Positions 57,679-64,000 of a stretch of DNA of 64,000 nucleotides are shown here, piece after piece. The notes below the pieces were generated by a model. It had not been told where the DNA came from and did not search any database. It worked only from the letters and a program-made list of their open reading frames with translations. Each line of letters begins with the position of its first letter. Within the stretch, counting starts at the first letter, position 1. Location of the stretch: positions 77,866-141,865 of the forward strand of contig JBOEGD010000004.1 of NCBI GenBank assembly GCA_050633245.1, read 5' to 3'. The stretch comes from Calditrichia bacterium. Lineage in GTDB: Bacteria > Calditrichota > Calditrichia > RBG-13-44-9 > J075. Position numbers and translations under genes: made by a program.

Positions 57679-58749
57679 CTATGGCTCCTCAGATTTGTTT
57701 TTCGAGTTGAGCATTGATTGTACTTCTGCTAAAACAGGGTCAATCGTTATGCTCTTCATGCAATCGAACGTCTTTATTGGACAAGTATTCCCGCCATGGC
57801 TACCGCAGGGGCGACAAACCAGTCCGTCCGTTTCAACAACGACATCATTGTCTCCATAGGGAAAAAAACCAAAATCAGTGATCGTAGGTCCAAAGACCGC
57901 GGTCACAGGTGTTCCTACGCTCACCGCCAGGTGCATCGGCGCGCTGTCGTTTGTTAGCAAAACACGCGAATGCTTAATTAAAAGTGCAGATTGACGCAGA
58001 CTGCATTTACCAATAGCATTGTGAATCTTGCCATTCACGGCAGCCGCGATTTCAGAGCCAAGCTGTTCGTCTGCTGGCCCGCCGATTAGGATAACCTTAA
58101 CCCCACGCTCAATTAGAGCCGTTGCAACCCCCGCAAATCTCTCGGGCAACCAGCGTTTAGTGTTCCACACTGAACCTGGCGCAATTGTAACCGTAGATTC
58201 TCCGGGAGATATTTCATTCTTGTCCAGCCAGCGATTCACTACCTGTTCATCTTCATCATTGAAATAGAGAAGCGGAAATACCTTGTTGTTGATTTCGATA
58301 TTCAACGGAGACAATAGTTTCAAATTACGATCGATCTCATGTACACTGCTTCGAGGATAGCTAACGGTATCTGTAAAAAGCATACGCCCGGCGCTTCTAT
58401 CGAACGAAATGCTGCGTTTGCATGCAGCCAGGCGCACCAGTACAGCACTTCGCAGCGAGCGATGTGGAACGAGAGCTAAGTTATAGCGCTTCTTGCGTAG
58501 CTTCTTGGCAAGACTCATATAATTACTGATGCCGCGATCGGTATTGCGCTTATCATAAATAATGAGTTCGTTCAGATCGTCATGTGTTTCCAGGAGCGTG
58601 CGTGCTGCCGGAATAGCAATAAAGTCGATCTCGGAATCTGGAAAAGAACGTTTGGCTTCCTGAAGGAGGGGGAGCGTTAAGATAACGTCTCCGATGAAGG
58701 CAGTCTGTACAATTAGAATGCGATGAACAGGTAATGGGGAGTTGCTCAT
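57679..58749 (-). CDS. waaF: LPS heptosyltransferase II (GT9)
   Basis: QTAFIGDVILT, APGSVWNTKRW, TNDSAPMHLA, FGPT and CRPC..HG..CP. Confidence 0.85.
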   Translation of the reverse strand: MSNSPLPVHRILIVQTAFIGDVILTLPLLQEAKRSFPDSEIDFIAIPAARTLLETHDDLNELIIYDKRNTDRGISNYMSLAKKLRKKRYNLALVPHRSLRSAVLVRLAACKRSISFDRSAGRMLFTDTVSYPRSSVHEIDRNLKLLSPLNIEINNKVFPLLYFNDEDEQVVNRWLDKNEISPGESTVTIAPGSVWNTKRWLPERFAGVATALIERGVKVILIGGPADEQLGSEIAAAVNGKIHNAIGKCSLRQSALLIKHSRVLLTNDSAPMHLAVSVGTPVTAVFGPTITDFGFFPYGDNDVVVETDGLVCRPCGSHGGNTCPIKTFDCMKSITIDPVLAEVQSMLNSKNKSEEP

Positions 58750-59132
58750 AATTACATCATTTTGTTTCGCGATTTAGCGTTGCGGATACAGGGTGAAATT
58801 TCGTCTTAGGTGGCGAAAAATCAGGCAATTCGTGACAATTGTCAAAATCCGTCACAATGAGCATCGTCTGACAATGAATGAAGTTGCATGCAAAGATATT
58901 CGCAATGTCTTTTTTTGATAAACTTTTAAGTTGTTGTATATATTGAATTTGCTTGCTTTTTTTGATTTGTGCTTCAATGAGGCTTCGATGCAGAAATACC
59001 TCGAAAATTCATTTTATATAAATTCTGAAAAAAATGTCGAAAAATCACCTCTGATGTTACTGCGATCAATACTGCATGGTGAATATTCGCGTATATTTTA
59101 TCAACAATTGAACATGTTACGGAGGAAACACA

Positions 59133-59345
59133 ATGAAAAGTTTATCACAAATTCGTCAAGCATACGAAGACAATTATGCGAAGATGACTGCTCTAATTTC
59201 TCAAATGGGTGGTGACGAGTGTATTAAATTCCATCGCAAGAAGCGATCCTCACTTTATACGAAGCTCAAAGACCTTCAGCGTCATGAGCACTATCTGGAC
59301 GAAATGGAGAACCGACTGCACAGTTCGCAGTATTCGTATCACTAA
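59133..59345 (+). CDS. Small hypothetical helical protein (70 aa)
   Basis: GGAGG RBS at 59121-59125 and its own downstream terminator, forming an isolated + strand unit. Confidence 0.75.
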   Translation: MKSLSQIRQAYEDNYAKMTALISQMGGDECIKFHRKKRSSLYTKLKDLQRHEHYLDEMENRLHSSQYSYH

Positions 59346-59413
59346 AAAGGGATTTTGCCTTGCTTCCTCCGCAGCAAGCAATGCATAAGACTCCAATCTA
59401 CATCATATAGATC

Positions 59414-59450
59414 GCCCGGTCAGGCTTTTGTCTGACCGGGCATTTTTTTT
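59414..59450 (+). terminator. Intrinsic terminator
   Basis: GCCCGGTCAG-N8-CTGACCGGGC-ATTTTTTTT. Confidence 0.85.
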
Positions 59451-60369
59451 AGCGGCTATCTCTTGCCAGCTTCAGCATAATGGCTTTCTGAACGTGCATT
59501 CTGTTCTCTGCCTCATCAAACACAATAGATTGCTTACTTTCCATAACCTCATCGGTAATCTCATCGCCACGGTGCGCCGGAAGACAGTGCATAACCAGCA
59601 CATTATCTGCAGCATGTGATACCAACTCCGTATTCAATTGATAGGGCGCAAATATCCTCTTTCGAGCAGCAGCTTCTTCTTCCTGTCCCATACTTGCCCA
59701 CACGTCTGTGTATAGCACATCGGCATTGGTAACGGCTTCCACAGGATCTGTAATCAGTTCAATCTTGCTTAATCCCGCAGCGCGTGCATCTTCGAGCGTT
59801 TTAGTATCTGGTTGATAATCGCGCGGTGAACAGATAACCAGATGAATGGGAACGCGGGCAGCAAAATTTATCCAGGAGTGAGCGATATTGTTTCCGTCTC
59901 CGACATAAACGATTTTCAGATTGTCCAGCGTGCCGCGGTGTTCAAGAATCGTAAAGGTGTCTGCCATAATCTGACAGGGGTGATTGTAGTCGGTAAGGCC
60001 GTTTACTACCGGAACACTGGCATATTCGGCAAGCTCTTCGATGTGAGCATGTTCGAACAGGCGAGCCATAATGATATCATTATAGCGTGATATAACGCGT
60101 GAAATGTCTTTCACGGCTTCACGCTTACCGATTCCAATATCCTGTGGTGCCAGATATAGCGCTGTTCCGCCGAGCTGAAAAATTCCCGTTTCGAAGGAAA
60201 TTCGCGTGCGTGCACTTGGCTTCGCGAAAATCATCGCAAGACTATAGCCTGCCAAATGATGATGTGGTTCACGATTATGTGTTTTGGTTTTCATCTCTTT
60301 GGAAAGGTCAAAAACTTCATAGATCTCTTCTTTTGTGAAATCTGTAATCGAAAGAAAATGTCTGGCCAT
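59449..60369 (-). CDS. argF: Ornithine carbamoyltransferase
   Basis: KPSARTR, HPCQ, GDGNN, DVWASMG and HCLPAHRG. Start ATG 60369. Confidence 0.95.
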   Translation of the reverse strand: MARHFLSITDFTKEEIYEVFDLSKEMKTKTHNREPHHHLAGYSLAMIFAKPSARTRISFETGIFQLGGTALYLAPQDIGIGKREAVKDISRVISRYNDIIMARLFEHAHIEELAEYASVPVVNGLTDYNHPCQIMADTFTILEHRGTLDNLKIVYVGDGNNIAHSWINFAARVPIHLVICSPRDYQPDTKTLEDARAAGLSKIELITDPVEAVTNADVLYTDVWASMGQEEEAAARKRIFAPYQLNTELVSHAADNVLVMHCLPAHRGDEITDEVMESKQSIVFDEAENRMHVQKAIMLKLARDSR

Positions 60370-60431
60370 TAGTGTCTCCTTGGCTAAAAGTCCGCTCAAT
60401 AGGGTATTGTGCAGAGATTGTTTTTGTTTTC

Positions 60432-61802
60432 TTAAAGGATAAATTTGCGTAAATCTTCATCTTCTACAATATCACGCAGCTTATCTTCGACAAATTTGCG
60501 CGCAATTGTTACAGTTTGGTCTTTCATTGCCGGCGCTTCGAAAAGTAATTCTTCAAGCAGGGTTGACATGATGGTATGCAGTCTGCGTGCACCGATGTTT
60601 TCTGCTTTGGTGTTCACATAGCTTGCAGTTTCGGCCATGGCCTGGATCCCGTCTTTTTTGAACTTCAGCTTAATGCCTTCTGTTTGGAGCAGCGCTTCAT
60701 ATTGCTTTGTGAGTGCATTTTGCGGCTCAGAAAGAATCTTAACGAAGTCTTCAGTTGTCAGACTTTCCAGCTCGACGCGTATGGGGAAGCGTCCCTGAAG
60801 CTCGGGGATGAGGTCGGATGGTTTAGATACGTGAAACGCACCTGAAGCAATAAAAAGAATATGATCTGTTTTTACAGTACCATACTTGGTAACTACGGTT
60901 GTGCCCTCAACGACCGGGAGAAGATCTCGCTGAACGCCTTGTCTGGATACATCCGGTCCCTGTTTGGATGTGCCCCCGGCAATTTTATCAATCTCATCCA
61001 GAAACACAATTCCGGAGTTTTGCACGCGTTTTAGCGATTCCTGAACCACCTCTTCCATATCAATCAGTTTTTGAGCTTCCTGCTGAGCCAGCAGCGAAAG
61101 TGCTTCCGGTACCGATACGCGGCGCTTTTTCATCTGTTTTGGCATAAAGTTACCAAACAACTCCTGCAGGTTGATGCCCATTTCTTCAAGTCCCCCCGGT
61201 GAAAAAACCTGCATGGTTGGCGTTGAATCACTCGGCGTATCAATTTCCACAGTGCGTTCATCAAGTTCGCCCTTCATCAATTTCTGGCGAAATTTTGTGC
61301 GGCTGCGCTGATATTTGGCTTCAGCGGAATTTTCTTCGTCGACATCATCCGGGGTAAAGCCTGTTTGAGCGGAAGGGGAGGGGATAAGAATATCCAGCAG
61401 TCGTTCAATTGCCAGTTCACTGGCTTTCTCTTCGACAGCAGCTTTTTTTTCTTCTCGTACCATATTCAGTGCAATATCCACAAGGTCGCGAATAATACTT
61501 TCGACGTCTCGACCGACATAACCGACCTCGGTAAATTTTGAGGCTTCAACCTTAATGAATGGCGCGTTAGCCAGCTTGGCCAGTCTTCGCGAGATCTCGG
61601 TTTTTCCAACGCCGGTTGGCCCGATAAGAATAATATTATTCGGCATAATTTCGTCATGAAGCGGACCTTCTACCTGTTGACGACGCCAGCGATTACGCAG
61701 GGCAATTGCAACCGATCGCTTTGCGTTGTGTTGTCCGATAATGTAGCCGTCTAATTCTTCAACAATTTCTTTGGGGGTAAACTCTTTAATCTGTTTACGC
61801 AT
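60432..61802 (-). CDS. hslU: ATP-dependent protease ATPase subunit HslU
   Basis: [26 protein letters not shown] and NIGARRL. Confidence 0.98.
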   Translation of the reverse strand: MRKQIKEFTPKEIVEELDGYIIGQHNAKRSVAIALRNRWRRQQVEGPLHDEIMPNNIILIGPTGVGKTEISRRLAKLANAPFIKVEASKFTEVGYVGRDVESIIRDLVDIALNMVREEKKAAVEEKASELAIERLLDILIPSPSAQTGFTPDDVDEENSAEAKYQRSRTKFRQKLMKGELDERTVEIDTPSDSTPTMQVFSPGGLEEMGINLQELFGNFMPKQMKKRRVSVPEALSLLAQQEAQKLIDMEEVVQESLKRVQNSGIVFLDEIDKIAGGTSKQGPDVSRQGVQRDLLPVVEGTTVVTKYGTVKTDHILFIASGAFHVSKPSDLIPELQGRFPIRVELESLTTEDFVKILSEPQNALTKQYEALLQTEGIKLKFKKDGIQAMAETASYVNTKAENIGARRLHTIMSTLLEELLFEAPAMKDQTVTIARKFVEDKLRDIVEDEDLRKFIL

Positions 61803-61822
61803 ATAGTATTGCTCCTAAGGGG

Positions 61823-62368
61823 CTATAAAGATTCAACTGTAATATGATTATTGCTGTAAATACAAATGTCTGCAGTTATACCCAGGGCACTTTTAACAAT
61901 TGCATCTGCAGAGAGATCGGTATTTAGCTTTAAGGCGCGGGCTGCTGCCAGGGCATAAGGACCGCCGGAACCAATGGCAAGAATTTGATCGTCCGGTTCA
62001 ATAACGTCACCGGTTCCGGATATTATAAGAGCTGTTTCATTGTTTGCAACGGCCAATAAGGCTTCGAGTCGACGGAGATAGCGGTCGGTTCTCCAATCTT
62101 TTGCAAGTTCAACTGCGGCCTTGGTAAGATTGCCGGAGTAAGACTCCAACTTCTCTTCAAATCGTTCGAACAGAGCGAACGCATCGGCGGCGGCACCGGC
62201 GAAACCGGCAAGGATCTCATCGCGATATAAGCGACGTACCTTCTTGCCCTGATGTTTCATTACTGTATTACCGAACGTTACCTGTCCGTCTCCGCCAAGA
62301 GCGACTTTTCCGTCTTTTATGACACCAAGGATTGTCGTTGCGTGAAAGCGAGGAAGTTGAGAATCCAT
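61823..62368 (-). CDS. hslV: ATP-dependent protease peptidase subunit HslV (short propeptide before catalytic Thr)
   Basis: [30 protein letters not shown] and ICIYSN. Start ATG 62368 after GGAG. Confidence 0.97.
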   Translation of the reverse strand: MDSQLPRFHATTILGVIKDGKVALGGDGQVTFGNTVMKHQGKKVRRLYRDEILAGFAGAAADAFALFERFEEKLESYSGNLTKAAVELAKDWRTDRYLRRLEALLAVANNETALIISGTGDVIEPDDQILAIGSGGPYALAAARALKLNTDLSADAIVKSALGITADICIYSNNHITVESL

Positions 62369-62400
62369 ATATGCGGAACTCCTGTTAGTAGGTTTTAGCG

Positions 62401-62434
62401 AGGCCAATGTACAATAATTGGCCTGCGATATCAA
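62401..62434 (-). promoter_or_regulatory. hslVU promoter overlapped by an 8-8-8 inverted repeat
   Basis: TTGATA-N17-TACATT on the - strand (62434-62406); AGGCCAAT-N8-ATTGGCCT at 62401-62424. Confidence 0.55.
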
Positions 62435-62468
62435 ATGAAAAGCAATAAGGGGAAAGGGGAGAGACGTC

Positions 62469-63953
62469 TTAGATATTGCGTCGTAGTCGAGCTACCGGAA
62501 TATCCATTTGCTCGCGATATTTTGCTACGGTCCGACGGGCAATTGGAATACCTTCATCCTTTAACAGCTTGGCTAACTTCTCGTCACTGAGAGGCTTGCG
62601 CGGATTCTCCGCACCGATAATTACCTTTAGTCTGTCCTTGATGCGAAGTGTGCTCATGTCTTCGCCGTCTTCGGTCTCCATTCCTTCATTAAAGAAATAC
62701 TTTAACGGGAAAATACCGTGATCGGTTTCAACATACTTACCTTTACAAACTCTGCTGACCGTAGAGATATCCATTTCTATGTCTTCGGCGATGTCTTTCA
62801 TAATCATCGGGCGAATATGTTCAGCTCCTTTTAGAAAGAAGTCCTTTTGCTTGTCGACAATCGCTTCCATCGTGCGCTGCATGGTTACCTGTCGCTGCTG
62901 GATGGCCTTAATGAACCACTTTGCAGAATCAACCTTTTCCTTAAGGAATTTTTTTACTTCCCTATCGAGCTTCTTAGGTTGCCGAATCATCTTTTTATAG
63001 TGGTTGCTAATTCGGAGCCCGGGTGTTTTGTATTCATTTAATGTTACGACCAGCTCATCATCGACCAGGGCGACGTAGAAATCCGGAACAATATAGTTGA
63101 GCTTTACCTCTGAATAGCCTTCACCGGGCTTGGGGTTTAGCTTCTCGATTTCACTGAGCGCATCTTTTACGTCATCCAAGGTTACGGAAAGCATATCAGC
63201 TACCTTCTCGAAACGTCGATTTACAAAATCTTCATAGCACTCTTTCAATATTTTGATCGGCAAGGAGACTGCGTTCTTATCTTCTTTGGAATACAGCTGT
63301 GCGAGTAGGCACTCACGCATATTTCTCGATCCGATTCCCACGGGATCGAATTGTTGAACAAGTGTTAAAACAGTCTCAACATCTTTTTCTTCAACCTCGA
63401 ACACCTCGGCAATAGACTCGCTGTTTACATCTTTATCCAGATAACCGGTTTCACCGATGTTGTATATAATGTATTCTCCAATACGAAATTCTAGGTCAGA
63501 CAAGTTTAACATGCGCAGCTGCTCTAGAAGATGTTCCGACATGCTTTCTTCATAACGCTCCGGCATGTTCATTTCTTCTTTAGAATTGTCCTTTGGCTGG
63601 CGCGGCTCAGGCGGATCATCTTCATTTGGCAAGAGGTCATCCAGATCTATCTCGTCCTGGCCTTCCTCATTGGCCTTGTCTTCTTCGCTTTTGGTGTTTT
63701 CTTCTATTTTACCAATTTCTTCTTCAATCTCTTCGCGTTCTTCCTTGTTCTCATCCATCTCCAATTCATCATCGCCATCCTGTATATCTTCCCATTCTTC
63801 AGACTCTTCCAGAACCGGGTTAATCTCCAGTTCAGTTTGAATCTTCTGTTCCAGCATAAGCATTGGAAGCTGTAATAAAGTGGACACGAGAATCTGCTGC
63901 GGTTTTAAAACCTGCTGCTGAGTTTGTATGAGTGCTTGTCCTAGCTTGGCCAT
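62469..63953 (-). CDS. rpoN: RNA polymerase sigma-54 factor
   Basis: Q-rich region I, NPVLE, DPVGIG, STVSRV and the RpoN box [10 protein letters not shown]. Confidence 0.97.
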   Translation of the reverse strand: MAKLGQALIQTQQQVLKPQQILVSTLLQLPMLMLEQKIQTELEINPVLEESEEWEDIQDGDDELEMDENKEEREEIEEEIGKIEENTKSEEDKANEEGQDEIDLDDLLPNEDDPPEPRQPKDNSKEEMNMPERYEESMSEHLLEQLRMLNLSDLEFRIGEYIIYNIGETGYLDKDVNSESIAEVFEVEEKDVETVLTLVQQFDPVGIGSRNMRECLLAQLYSKEDKNAVSLPIKILKECYEDFVNRRFEKVADMLSVTLDDVKDALSEIEKLNPKPGEGYSEVKLNYIVPDFYVALVDDELVVTLNEYKTPGLRISNHYKKMIRQPKKLDREVKKFLKEKVDSAKWFIKAIQQRQVTMQRTMEAIVDKQKDFFLKGAEHIRPMIMKDIAEDIEMDISTVSRVCKGKYVETDHGIFPLKYFFNEGMETEDGEDMSTLRIKDRLKVIIGAENPRKPLSDEKLAKLLKDEGIPIARRTVAKYREQMDIPVARLRRNI

Positions 63954-64000
63954 TCCCTGTTACCATCGTCCTTGTAAATGATTGAGAGTACGTATTTTTT

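Noticed and set aside
1-64000. tRNA, rRNA, CRISPR, integrase/transposase or prophage
   Set aside because: I saw no cloverleaf or T-loop signatures in intergenic gaps, no repeat-spacer arrays, and no recombinase or phage structural ORFs. A tRNAscan/Infernal run would be needed to be certain.

Overview
This 64-kb bacterial chromosomal window is mostly housekeeping genes: uvrA, leuS, ileS, dnaG, rluD, yggS/divIVA, sodA, tpx, ychF, rnhB, tsaC, waaF, argF, hslUV and rpoN. Gene content suggests an FCB-superphylum organism, plausibly Calditrichota-like (inference from secreted proteins ending in NYPNPFNP FlgD/T9SS-type sorting domains, a PorD/DUF4835 homolog, type-2 IleRS and a zinc-less DksA). I saw no rRNA, tRNA, CRISPR array or intact transposase. 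The most striking accessory locus is at 1-7.9 kb. It has an atypical ECF sigma factor, a membrane zinc-finger anti-sigma factor, a convergent exported TPR-CHAT (caspase-like) protease with an intact His/Cys dyad, and a divergent secreted protein of seven 109-aa repeats behind a structured leader. Together these form a candidate CRISPR-independent caspase/anti-sigma/sigma signalling cascade. Other points of note are a candidate sigma54-driven ~100-nt sRNA with a C-rich loop, an Hhe-like DUF4011 helicase-nuclease, nrfHA, a REC/MBL pair one base out of frame, a recurring TTGnnn-N17-TA(T/C)ATT promoter motif, and several REP-like or short tandem repeats. Family assignments come from recognising motifs by eye; no searches were run.
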